IMG/VR virus record: IMGVR_UViG_3300028374_000012
Coordinates: 5,696 to 69,695 of that record
Origin: a virus
Reading direction: 5' to 3' (one strand)
Length of the DNA: 64,000 nucleotides
The notes beneath the pieces were generated by a model, which saw only the letters and a list, made by a program, of their open reading frames with translations, was not told the origin of the DNA and made no database searches. A program made the position numbers and the translations under genes. This document shows positions 1 through 10,012 of this stretch, piece after piece. Position 1 is the stretch's first letter. Each line of letters opens with the position of its first letter.

Positions 1-2631
1 TTCCAGAGAGTGATCTCCTCAGGAAAAAGCTGTGTCCCAATCAGAGTTATTATATCCTGTGATTGCTGTAGTCCCGCTGAAAAAATTATTAACTTCCGTC
101 TGAGAATATTGAGCTACGTTTAGTACAGCGGATAACCCGACGTCTGATTTATCCAGTGTGACAATGCCTGTTTTGCCAGCTACTGAATCAACTAAATTAA
201 CTTCTGCACCAGCTTCTATGCCTGCAAGCTTACTTTGTTCACTATCAGTATAAGCATTAGTATTTAGATTAGACTCATAAGCTGTTTTAATTTCTGAAGG
301 AGATTGGTCTTCGGTTGCATTTCATTCAATGCTAATTAATTTGTTTTTTTCGGTAAGAGTATAGTCTTCCGAAGACAACCCTTTTCCTGCTACTTTATCT
401 ACTTTATCATCTAAAGCGGATACTAAATCAGCTTGGTCAGTTATAGTTCCTAGTATCTCTCCCCAAGAAGTTCCTGTTCCTACGCTGAATTGTGTTCAAT
501 CAGAGCCAGTATACAGATGTATAGAATCATTTCCAACTATTTCAATAACATAAGCATCGCCAGCCGATGGGTTAGCAGGAAGATCCCCTATTGAGGCAAG
601 GCGGTTAATTACATTAATACCCTGTATAGCTAAACCTGCAGCAGTTTCTGCATCAATCTTAAATACTTCTGCTTGATCTCTGTATCCCATTGATTGGGTA
701 GCATACCCGCTAGATCATAAAGAAGAGGTTTCAGCATTATCAGCATAAGTAGAGGCAGCGTTTCTATAACCTAGGGCACTTGTCATATATTGTTCTGAGA
801 GGTCCCTAGCCGCCTCGGATTCATTCTTCGCAGTTACGGACCCGTCTCTTGCTAATTCAGAAGCTGTCTGGGCAGATTCGGAAGCCTGGCGGGCAATGAT
901 AGCCAGGTCTTTCTCTGCTGTAGCTAATAAAGCAGAGTCTTCGGACTTGGCTGCATGATGAAGGGAAGAATATTTACCGGTTACAACTTCTACATCTTCG
1001 AGCTCTTCTGCTCAATCTTGTGACAAATCCCGGGCGGTTTCAGATTGATTCTTTGCCGTTACTGATCCATCTCTTGCCAACTCGGAAGCGGACTGTGCCG
1101 ACTGAGAATCGTCTCTTGCAGTTTCAGATGCTAGTTGAGCTGTTTGGGAAGCATCTCTTGCAGTTTCAGATGCTAGTCGAGCTGCAACTGCTCCGTCCTC
1201 CGCTGTTTCAGATTGTATTCGAGAAGTATTAGCTACAGAGGCAAACGAAGACGCGGCGGACTCACTATTAGAAGCGTTGGTCTCGCTGGTTGCTGCATTT
1301 GATTCACTGGTGGCTGCATTTGATTCAGAGGTAGAGGCGGCGCCGGCAGATGAAGCAGCATTAGTTTCACTTAGAGCTGCTGCACTTGCAGACTCCTGAG
1401 CTTTAGCTGAATGGTGTAAAGCAGAGTATTTACCAGCTTCTACTTCACTGTCTTCAAGTTCTTCTGCTCATTTCTCAGCTTTATACTGGCTTAATAAGGC
1501 TGCTGTTTCGCTATCCACTGCATTAGATTCAGATAAAGAAGCTGCACTTGCAGATGATGCAGCGTTAGTCTTACTAATTGCGGCAGCTGTTTCGCTTGTT
1601 GCGGCGGCTGATTCAGATAAAGAAGCTGCACTTGCAGATGATGCAGCGTTAGACTCACTGGTTGCAGCATTAGACTCGCTGGTTGCTGCGGCTAATTCAC
1701 TTGCTGCTGCGGCTGTTTCGCTTAGAGCCGCTGCATTAGCAGAAGCGTCTGCAGCTGTTTCTGAAGCAGATGCTTCGGATGCACTGAGGGCAGAAGCTGT
1801 TTCACTTGCTGCTGCATTAGACTCGCTGGTTGCTGCCTCGGAAGCTTTAGTAGAAGAAATGTCTGCAGAGTCTTGGGAGTCTTGTGCACTTTGTTCTGAT
1901 TGTGCTGCAAAATGTAAAGCCGAGAACTGGCCGGGCTCTACCTCAATTCCTTCGGGGTTGTTGGCTCATTCAGATGCTTTAGTAACAAATGATTCCAAAG
2001 AAGAAATATCTCTGATATCCCCGGCCAGTGTTATATCTGTTACATACCCTGTTGAACTTAGATAGACCTCTATATTAGGCTTGTCTCCTTCAGCTCCGGG
2101 ACCTACCCAATCAGCAACTTTTAAAACTCTACGTTCCCCATCAGCTACAATAGCTAAATGAGGAGAAAATCCACTAATTCCAATAGGCCCCGTAGGCCCA
2201 CGGTAGTCCATGCCTTCTCCCTGATCTGGAAAAGATGAGCCTCCTCAGGTGTATAATTGTCCATCTTCTTCTACAAAATAGGCCTGGCCGCTATCTTCAA
2301 TATCAAGGTCAGCTGGAAGATCCTGGTATGTATTAACATTCCCTTGTATAACTACAGATCCGCCTAATTGGCCTAATTTTTCATATTCATCACCTGTCCA
2401 CGTCCATAAGTAATTTTGAATAACATAAGAGTCTCCTACTTGCCCGGTACCCGGCAGCTCTGATGAATCGGCAAGCCAGCCTATAACCTTTATACCCGAG
2501 GCTGAAGATTCAAATTGTAAAAAAGAACCTACCTCCGCTTCAAGCTCTTTTCCCAGCCTCATTACTAGCTTAGTATCTCTTTTAAAAAACTTTAAGTTTT
2601 TTAAGATTTCTCTTAAATCAATTGTATTCAT
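1..2631 (-). CDS. Tail fibre / receptor-binding fibre protein (partial, runs off left edge; TGA=Trp)
   Basis: One frame from ATG 2631 to the window edge, interrupted only by 8 TGA codons (2245, 1966, 1468, 1012, 715, 496, 322, 19). Ser/Ala/Glu coiled-coil repeats (SESNAAT), three W-A-E/N...VE.G.(Y/F)S.LH modules, LP...G..Y.....Y.W.G repeats and WDTAFSWGDH are typical of phage fibres. Confidence 0.8.
1526..1652. repeat. Exact 43-bp direct repeat (1526-1568 and 1610-1652) within the fibre coiled-coil
   Basis: gattcagataaagaagctgcacttgcagatgatgcagcgttag occurs twice, in frame, among shorter degenerate repeats. Confidence 0.9.
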
Positions 2632-2637
2632 AACTTG

Positions 2638-3555
2638 CTAGTATATAACGTATCTTGTCTGGTTGTAAATTACAAATCGCTGTCCTGGCTGTAAATCTTT
2701 TAAACTCACGGATGCTACAAAAGGTTCTATAGAATAATCATATATTTCATCATCAATGTGGACTAGACTTAGTTGGCCTTGCTGCTCTATAGGGGCTCCA
2801 AGCATCTCTAATGTTCTAGTCCTTTGTACTGAATATCGTTTACTTTTTTCAGGATCTACAATAATGTCTCCAGGCTCCAAAGGTGGTCTATTTAGCATAG
2901 ATAAAACAATATCGCTTGGATAAAATTCACCCCAAATAGATATGTCCTTGGCACGAGGATTTGGGGTTACCATGCCGGCCATGGGTATGGGCTTATAAAA
3001 GCCATTTCTCCACCCAGTTCCATAAGGATCTTCTGCGGACGTTTCTCCTGTTGGGGTCATTAATATTGGGTCCCAAGTATCCGGGTCGCGCTCTCCTCAA
3101 CTTCTTTTCTTTAATAACATAAAAAGCCTACCGGACTTTTTTAGGCCAAGAACTTTATGATTGTATATCTTTAACCATTTACGGTTTGGGATCCGGTCAT
3201 TAAGATAAGTATAATCGCTTATAATAAAATTTTCAGGGCTAGCAACTTCTTTGACTTTTACTTTGTAATACCAAGTACGTGTTCCGTGTTGTAAGCCTAG
3301 TAAACTAGAGTCAGTATAAGTATATTGGGTTGGGTCAAAATTTTCCTCAATCAGTTCATACTCGTCTAAATCATCCTCATTGGGAGCTTGGCTTCTATAG
3401 ATATCGATAGCTAATAAAGTCAAATCAAAGCCTGGAAGCTCTGTTTCATCTGTAGAAAACTCTCAATGTAAATCAATTATAGAGGATGCAAATCGGGTAA
3501 CCTTTAAACTTTTTAAGGTTACATTAGTGCCCGCTATTGTTAAAGTAGTACTCAC
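2638..3555 (-). CDS. Putative neck / head-closure protein with N-terminal Fn3-like region (TGA=Trp)
   Basis: GTG at 3555 has GGAGG 8 nt upstream. Joins ORFs 3097-3423 and 2638-3060 through TGA at 3463 and 3097. Motifs KKRSWGE..YGTGW..GFY.P and PPLEPGDII; lies between capsid and tail genes. Confidence 0.6.
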
Positions 3556-4009
3556 TGTGGCTTCCTCCGTATGCTCCGTTTATATTCATCGATCTTTTAT
3601 AAGCTTGAGCCCCCCGTCGGTATTGTGCTATTAGCATATTAAATAATGCCATATATCTTCCATATACATCTTGATCTTTAACGGTAATGCCGCCACTATC
3701 ATTATAGGACAAAACATTTCGAGCGCTTAATATGCTTTGGGAAACTAGTACATTTAAAACAGCTCCCTGTCTTAATATTGACCATGGGATTCTGGAAAAA
3801 TGGCTTGTATGTAAGTCTACTGGCTCAAACTCATTGTTTACTTGATCCCACGTATCTATTAAGGCGTTAAATAATTCTAAATCAGTACTTTCTTCAACGC
3901 CTAGTAATTCGTTAGATTCAGTAAAATCTTCCAAGTATCTGCGAAGTCTTAATACATACTTATTAGCTTCTTCCGGAACTTCATTCAAAAATAAATAATC
4001 ATCAATCAT
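3524..4009 (-). CDS. Putative head-tail adaptor / head completion protein
   Basis: 161 aa helical ORF with a YNDSGGITV motif, positioned downstream of the capsid operon. Confidence 0.5.
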   Translation of the reverse strand: MIDDYLFLNEVPEEANKYVLRLRRYLEDFTESNELLGVEESTDLELFNALIDTWDQVNNEFEPVDLHTSHFSRIPWSILRQGAVLNVLVSQSILSARNVLSYNDSGGITVKDQDVYGRYMALFNMLIAQYRRGAQAYKRSMNINGAYGGSHSEYYFNNSGH

Positions 4010-4036
4010 AAATAAAATATATTCATTTACCGCAGA

Positions 4037-6379
4037 TTAGTCAAACTTATTATAGAATTCATCTCTTGGTATTTTCGCTATATAAATACCCGCTGTAAAA
4101 TTCCAATCACCTTCATAATGAATATCGTCTCTGTACCCATAGAACAGGTACATAAACCCATCTTTCTCTATAACGCTAAATGGTGAAGTTTGTCCGACCT
4201 CTACACAATCTTTACATGTTGCGTTTGGAACTTCACCTGGAGTTTTTCTTTCATGAAATTCAGGGGGGATTATACTTTTATTATCTAATAATTGGACTTT
4301 ACCGTCTTTAAATATCCCAGGAACCAAGATTGTTTCCCCAGTAAAACGAAATCTTCTGCTAAATGGGTAGTCTTTATTCCCCGCTTCGCGCTCTATAATC
4401 CTACCTTTTTCTTTTTTGTAAAGCTTTATTACTATTCTATTTTTATCGATAAGTATAGAAGAATAAAAGTCTGCAATTCCATTTTCATTTTCATTTGTCC
4501 ATCCGGCTGTTTCTTTTGTATCATACCACTTTGGATCCGCAATTATCTTTCCATCGCTCCAGGTCTTGCCCCCATCTTTAGAGGTATGTGAAGAAATCCC
4601 TCTTCTATCTTTAAGGGTTTCATCTATAACCCTCTCATCTAACCAGTCAGGTGCATATTTTTTAAAGGCTTCTTTAATTTGTGGAATATCTTTAACATTA
4701 GGGTACTTAGGCATATCATCGCCTCATCCCCCTACTTCTTTAGATCTATTACCCCTGACCCGACCAGTAGCATAAATAGTACCATTTATTTCATTGAGTA
4801 AAAGAGCTCCATCTAATTTTCAGTCATAGGATCCTTTAAAAGTTAGCTTTGTAAGGTCATCGGAAACATCAAAAAACTTAATTTGATCCCCAGACTCGCT
4901 TTTGAGTTTTTCTCTATAGAAGAGCACTTCCCCATTAGGTCGTTGATAGTAATGTCCACGTTCTTGTATACTAGATTTTCGTGGCCCGGACCAGCTTTCT
5001 AAATCACTGCTTTCGAAATAAACCATTTCAGAAGACTTTCGGTCCCAGCCGTATGATCTTCATTTTCCTTTATAATTAATAACTCCATTTACAGCTGGGG
5101 TGTAAACTCCATTCTTGTTATCTTCATGAATAGTTATCTTCTCTACCTTATCTGTAGGTTCTGGCTCAGGATCAGATTTCTCAACCGTAACTATTGGAGT
5201 GGCAAAACTGCCTGCGGTCATTTGTATTACATACTTCTTAGAGACGTCTACCCCTCCTATAATATATTCCCCACTATCTTTTTCTACAGGGGCCGGAGTA
5301 TACTTGGTGTTTTCAATCATGTCAATAATTGATATTCAGGATTTTCCTTCTTTTTTAAACCGTAAGTCTACGAACTCCTCTGTGTTAGCAGTTCATGTAA
5401 CTTTAATCTTATTACCATCCCAGTAAGCCCTTAAATTCCCAATAGGGTTTGGTTCGGGTTCTATCACATCATTGTTTGTTATAGCATCAATCCAAGCTTT
5501 TTCTAACTCGGGCATTTCATTTAATCCTACCCAATTAGTAGATGTTTCTCATTCCCAAAATAATATTCCTACAACGTCACTGCGTTCTCGCGCATATCTC
5601 ATATACCATTCAGGTGATTCTAATGGGGGCTTTCTCCAAGGATTCCCACCTGCACCTTCTTTTGTATAAAATGTTTGAGCTGTGATAACAATTTGAGGAT
5701 TATCAATTGTTTCTCGTACATTTTTATATACAGCATCAGCATGGTCTCTGAATTCTTCATAGTTATTAATCTGAATATAACCTTCAGGAGCGTCTTTATC
5801 GAAAAATGGATACAGATTATTACCAACGTGTTTTAAATTTTTAGGAAACTGATTTCTCAACAGCATCCCCCTTGTAAATGTAAAGGTATATGGAAGATCT
5901 CCATATTGTTTGCCCGCTTCATCTACAATATTATACATCTGCTGTTCTGATAGTTTTGTTGGCTCATCTCTAAGAATAACAAACTTTATATTTTCGTGAC
6001 CTACAGTATTAAACCCATTTACATACCAACCAATTCTTTTTCTATGGTCATATTCACTTTCATCGGGTTCAAATCCACCAATACTTGGAATAACTTTTAA
6101 TCCACTATCAACAACTGGTTTCATAAGTTTTACGTTAGCAGAGCGAGATTGGCCGGCTGTGCATAAAGCTTTTAGTGGGTTGTCATCAGGTACTTCTTCA
6201 GAATACCAAAATCCAAAAAATAAATCCGATGTTGGTTCTGGTATTGGTTCGGGGTCGGGTGTTGGTTCTGGTATTGGTTCTGGTTCCCCAGTCATCTTAT
6301 ATAACTCTTCAACTTTTGCTGAAGCGTTGTTCAAGTTATATTCTAATTCGTCAAGTAATTCTTTTATTGTTTTGCTCAT
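4037..6379 (-). CDS. Modular glycoside-hydrolase-like protein, 780 aa (TIM-barrel-like + Fn3-like + Asp-box beta-propeller; TGA=Trp)
   Basis: Four track ORFs lie in one frame, joined by 6 TGAs (5549, 5393, 5336, 5060, 4820, 4724). Pro-Glu linkers separate domains. ILRDEP resembles a GH-A acid/base motif; SSDLESW and SKDGGKTW are Asp-boxes. Confidence 0.6.
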
Positions 6380-6552
6380 AATTATATAATTATTTTAAAG
6401 TTTTTAAAGTATGCGTTCATATTATCTTTTTTTAGGGGAGCTAGGGACTAGCTTTTCCCTGAGTTCATTAACTAGTTGTTTTGACTGATTAATTTGCTCT
6501 TTAATATAGTCTAATTGATTTTTCCTATATTAATATATTACTTAATATATCA

Positions 6553-7107
6553 CTAATCAAGAGAAGTTAGTAAACCAAAACCCTCAGTTAAAACAATATT
6601 GTCAGAAAAAGATGTATTTATAAATAAATCAGCAGTTTTGGGATTGAACAGAAATTTAAACTTAAAGTCTGCTATCCTTAGAATACGGATAAGTGGATCC
6701 CCGGTGGGCTTAATATTTGTTTCATCTAAAAGCTCGGGGTCTCTAAGAAAGGATGGAGTAGTATAAAAATAAAACCCCTTACATCGGGAGTCTATTTGAA
6801 CAAAGTCAATAATATAATTTAATGTATCTGGCTGTATTTTGTCAGCATCGTCAATATATAGATAATAATTAGATAAACCTCTTAAGCTTATTTTAGCTTG
6901 ATCGGGGTTGACTGACTGTACTGGGCCTTTATTAAGGCCGAGTCTTTGTAATTTTATTTCTATATTTCTATAATAAGGTGAAACAACTACTTGAGGTAAA
7001 CGCGATTGTTTAGAATAATTTAGATGTAGATCTTTAAATAAGCTATCAGTTTTTCCAGACCCTCTATTTCCTAATGTAATATCTAAAATACTTGTCATGG
7101 AAACCAA
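6553..7107 (-). CDS. Small P-loop NTPase-like protein
   Basis: Walker A GNRGSGKT and Walker B LYIDDAD in 184 aa. Confidence 0.6.
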   Translation of the reverse strand: MVSMTSILDITLGNRGSGKTDSLFKDLHLNYSKQSRLPQVVVSPYYRNIEIKLQRLGLNKGPVQSVNPDQAKISLRGLSNYYLYIDDADKIQPDTLNYIIDFVQIDSRCKGFYFYTTPSFLRDPELLDETNIKPTGDPLIRILRIADFKFKFLFNPKTADLFINTSFSDNIVLTEGFGLLTSLD

Positions 7108-7114
7108 TATACAT

Positions 7115-7148
7115 AAAAAAAGGCAAGGTTACAATAACCTCGCCTTTT
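7115..7148 (-). terminator. Intrinsic terminator after major capsid gene
   Basis: Minus-strand hairpin AAAAGGCGAGGTTA-ttg-TAACCTTGCCTTTT running into a U tract. Confidence 0.8.
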
Positions 7149-7170
7149 AATTTTTTAGCTGAGTGCTATA

Positions 7171-8073
7171 TTATGACAGTGTCAATTTAGCCACGCCATT
7201 AGCATTTGCTATGATCATTCCTACAGTTTCATATGCACTGAAAGAAATGAGATTTCGTTTTTTCTCAATATCAAACTTAGTGTCGTTAAGAACACAAAAT
7301 TCGCCCATGAAGTGCGGAGCAGCAAAAGCGTAGATTTTGTTGTCTAACAAGTCAGTTTTGTTAGTAACAATAAGTTTACGGCCATACAAAGTACCATGTC
7401 CATATCCTTTTACAGCAATTTCGCCTTTGAGGGCATCGTCACCGAAAGTACCGTTCGTGTTGTTATCAACAACAAGGCGGTTAAACATAGTGTTACTCAT
7501 AAGAAGAGTTTCACTTTGTAGACGTTTTCCGTCGATTTTGTCAAAAAGCTCTCGGAAAGAAGCTTCAGGTACAGCATTGTTTGTGTAACTGCCAGTAACC
7601 GCGTTTCCGCTAACTGTAATAGCTGCATCTACGTGGCCAATAAAGGCGGTATCTTCAATTTCTTGAATATCCAATACTGAGTTCTGCTCAATGATTTGAG
7701 TCAGGGGCATGCGGTATGCCAAAAGCTCTTCTTCTACTTTCTGAAATTCTTCAGATGAAATAGAGTGGAACGGAAGTTCTACTCGTTTCCCTTCAATGTA
7801 GTTTGTTGAAGGCTTGTCTCTGAAGTTAACAACCATCGCTTTGGAATCTGGTTCCAATTCGATCATTTTAATTACGCCGTCATGATTTACCGAAGGCTGA
7901 AGATCAGCTTGGGTAACATATTGAGGGGGTAAAATTTGTCTCGCAAAAGATACCTCACGAAGTCGTCTACGTACAAACGCAGCGCCCTCCATGGCTACTT
8001 TTTGCATCCCTTCTTCCGTATCGAGTCGTTTCAGAAAAAGGTCATTTACTGTTCTTGCGTCTAATGATTCCAT
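7171..8073 (-). CDS. Major capsid protein (HK97-like fold)
   Basis: 300 aa, GGAGG upstream, last gene of the protease-scaffold-decoration operon, followed by a terminator. Pattern SFARQILPP...G.LYG.K.IVT...YETVGM.I.N..GVA. Confidence 0.8.
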   Translation of the reverse strand: MESLDARTVNDLFLKRLDTEEGMQKVAMEGAAFVRRRLREVSFARQILPPQYVTQADLQPSVNHDGVIKMIELEPDSKAMVVNFRDKPSTNYIEGKRVELPFHSISSEEFQKVEEELLAYRMPLTQIIEQNSVLDIQEIEDTAFIGHVDAAITVSGNAVTGSYTNNAVPEASFRELFDKIDGKRLQSETLLMSNTMFNRLVVDNNTNGTFGDDALKGEIAVKGYGHGTLYGRKLIVTNKTDLLDNKIYAFAAPHFMGEFCVLNDTKFDIEKKRNLISFSAYETVGMIIANANGVAKLTLS

Positions 8074-8095
8074 TTTATATTATTTATCCTCCTTA

Positions 8096-8557
8096 TTACA
8101 GCGTTGCAAATTCTATCATTGTAGTGTCAGCATCCAGGTGGTTCTCTGCATAAGGTTCCTTAGTACATACAGCAACAGCTACAGAAGTAGCGGCCAGTGT
8201 ATCACCAGTCCCATCATCAATTACTGCTAGGTTACCAGCAGCATTTACACCAAGTGTGTCTCCGGCTACAGGGGTGCCATCATACCGATCGGTAGCAGCA
8301 ATATATTTCCCATGAAGTGCGGTTAGTCGAGTATTGGGGGAAGCGCTCGCTTGTGGAGCCCATCCAGCAGTACCGTCTCTATTTGATTCTGTGAAAATCT
8401 GGAAAGCACCAGCTACACCATCGTCAGGCAGTTCAAAAAGATCGTTGGTTTTAACAACCCATGATCCCTGAGCTACATCCGTTCCGGCAGCCAAAGCTCC
8501 TTCCACATTTGCACCAAATCGTACGATTTGATTTAAATCAGATTTAATTCGAAGCAT
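8096..8557 (-). CDS. Putative capsid decoration/cement protein
   Basis: 153 aa Gly/Ala-rich beta-type ORF (YDGTPVAGDTLGV...AVAVC) directly upstream of the MCP gene. Confidence 0.6.
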   Translation of the reverse strand: MLRIKSDLNQIVRFGANVEGALAAGTDVAQGSWVVKTNDLFELPDDGVAGAFQIFTESNRDGTAGWAPQASASPNTRLTALHGKYIAATDRYDGTPVAGDTLGVNAAGNLAVIDDGTGDTLAATSVAVAVCTKEPYAENHLDADTTMIEFATL

Positions 8558-8584
8558 TTATATTTTTCTCCTTTTTATTGTTTA

Positions 8585-8941
8585 TTAATCTAGTAAACTT
8601 GATATGAAGCGTTCCTCAGCGGTGCCGCTTCCTTGGCTGGGCGTTTCGCTTAACTTTCCTAGTGAGTTGAAATCAAAAGATCCCGCCCCGATTAGTTCCG
8701 CAGCCTTTTCGAAAGTTTCTAGCTCTTCAGTAGATTTCTCATTAAATTTATTAAAATGTTCTTCAAAGTCCTCTATAGGGAATGCCCCCATTTTCATTAG
8801 CTTTAAAGACAATTCACGAGCAAAAGATATTTTTTCTAACTCAGCTCTTGTACTTTCAAGTTCTGAACTAAGTTCTTTATTTTTATTATCTAACTCTTTG
8901 ATTGCCAAAGAAGCTTTTTTTATAAGACTTTTTATTTTCAT
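8585..8941 (-). CDS. Putative scaffolding protein
   Basis: Coiled-coil, acidic, several K-x-A/S motifs, in the head operon. Confidence 0.55.
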   Translation of the reverse strand: MKIKSLIKKASLAIKELDNKNKELSSELESTRAELEKISFARELSLKLMKMGAFPIEDFEEHFNKFNEKSTEELETFEKAAELIGAGSFDFNSLGKLSETPSQGSGTAEERFISSLLD

Positions 8942-8968
8942 TTTATTTAATTAAAAACTGAACAACTA

Positions 8969-9280
8969 TTAATCTTCGTCGGCCTCAGCAGCAGCTTTAA
9001 AACCACTATACATGATTTGGCCCATTTCATAAGCTTCTGCTACTTTCTCACGTTGCATATGCTCGTAAGTATCTTCTTCAATTTTAGCAGATGCTAGTTT
9101 GGTTACATCTTCTTCAGTGTAATTTCCTTCGCCCTTGTTCTCAATAAGCATATCTTCGGCCCATTCGGCGTATTTGTTGAGAATTTCCATCTCTTCATTT
9201 ACTTCGTTTTGGCTTTCGGGTGCTACTTCTTGTGATTGAGCTTCTTTTTGCATTTCATTAAAAGTGTCTAAAAGACTCAT
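8969..9280 (-). CDS. Acidic scaffold / inner-head protein
   Basis: Glu-rich 103 aa with QKEA, NKYA, TKLA, EKVA motifs. Confidence 0.5.
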   Translation of the reverse strand: MSLLDTFNEMQKEAQSQEVAPESQNEVNEEMEILNKYAEWAEDMLIENKGEGNYTEEDVTKLASAKIEEDTYEHMQREKVAEAYEMGQIMYSGFKAAAEADED

Positions 9281-9285
9281 TTAAG

Positions 9286-9825
9286 TTAATCCTCCGGATA
9301 AATTTTGTTATATAGTTCTTGTAAAACACCAGGCGTTATCTTGCTGGCTTTCTTGTTCATTTGACGTCTAACGTCATAAGCATCATGACCAGCTGCTTCC
9401 TGATAAGCAGCGTCGGCTGCAACAGTTACAGGTGATTCGCTTGGTAGGGATACTGTGCTGATTGGTGGCACAACCATATCCTTATTAGTAGGGGGCATGA
9501 TACCCAAGGCTACTAGTTCAGAATAAAAGGTATGTGCGGCAATTCGGCCCATATCCATAGCTCTTTGTGCATCTTGTTTGTCTTTCTTTTCAGCAGTTGC
9601 CTCAGTTTCAGTAGACTCTTCTACTTTTTCTTCGGTTTCCGCCTCTTCAGCTTTAGTTTCTTCTACTTCTTCTGCTACTTTTTCTTCAGTTTCAGCTGTT
9701 TCATCTACTTCAGTAGACTCAGCAACCTTCTCTTCGGTTTTAGTAACTTCATCAATAAAAGAATCTTCCGCTGTTTTTTCTGCTCCTTCGAGCTCAGAAA
9801 GAAGTTCATCTATGTTAATTGGCAT
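9286..9825 (-). CDS. Acidic scaffold / inner-head protein
   Basis: Repeated TEEKVAE low-complexity tract; GGAGG upstream; shares an A..MG.I....F motif with the downstream ORF. Confidence 0.55.
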   Translation of the reverse strand: MPINIDELLSELEGAEKTAEDSFIDEVTKTEEKVAESTEVDETAETEEKVAEEVEETKAEEAETEEKVEESTETEATAEKKDKQDAQRAMDMGRIAAHTFYSELVALGIMPPTNKDMVVPPISTVSLPSESPVTVAADAAYQEAAGHDAYDVRRQMNKKASKITPGVLQELYNKIYPED

Positions 9826-9838
9826 TTAATTCGACCTC

Positions 9839-10009
9839 CTAGGAAGTTAGTTCTTTAAAATTAAATTTATTGTTTCTTTGTGAACTACCCGCCCACAGCA
9901 GAGCTAATGGGTTGGCTTCTGACTTCACAGACTTGTGCTTCTTTACAGAAGTCTTATTTATGTCTCCACCAGTGTTATCGAGCGTCCCACCCGATATTAT
10001 TTTAAACAT
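9839..10009 (-). CDS. Possible small ORF (56 aa)
   Basis: Open ATG-TAG frame fills the gap between the protease and scaffold genes; no recognisable motif. Confidence 0.25.
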   Translation of the reverse strand: MFKIISGGTLDNTGGDINKTSVKKHKSVKSEANPLALLWAGSSQRNNKFNFKELTS

Positions 10010-10012
10010 TGT

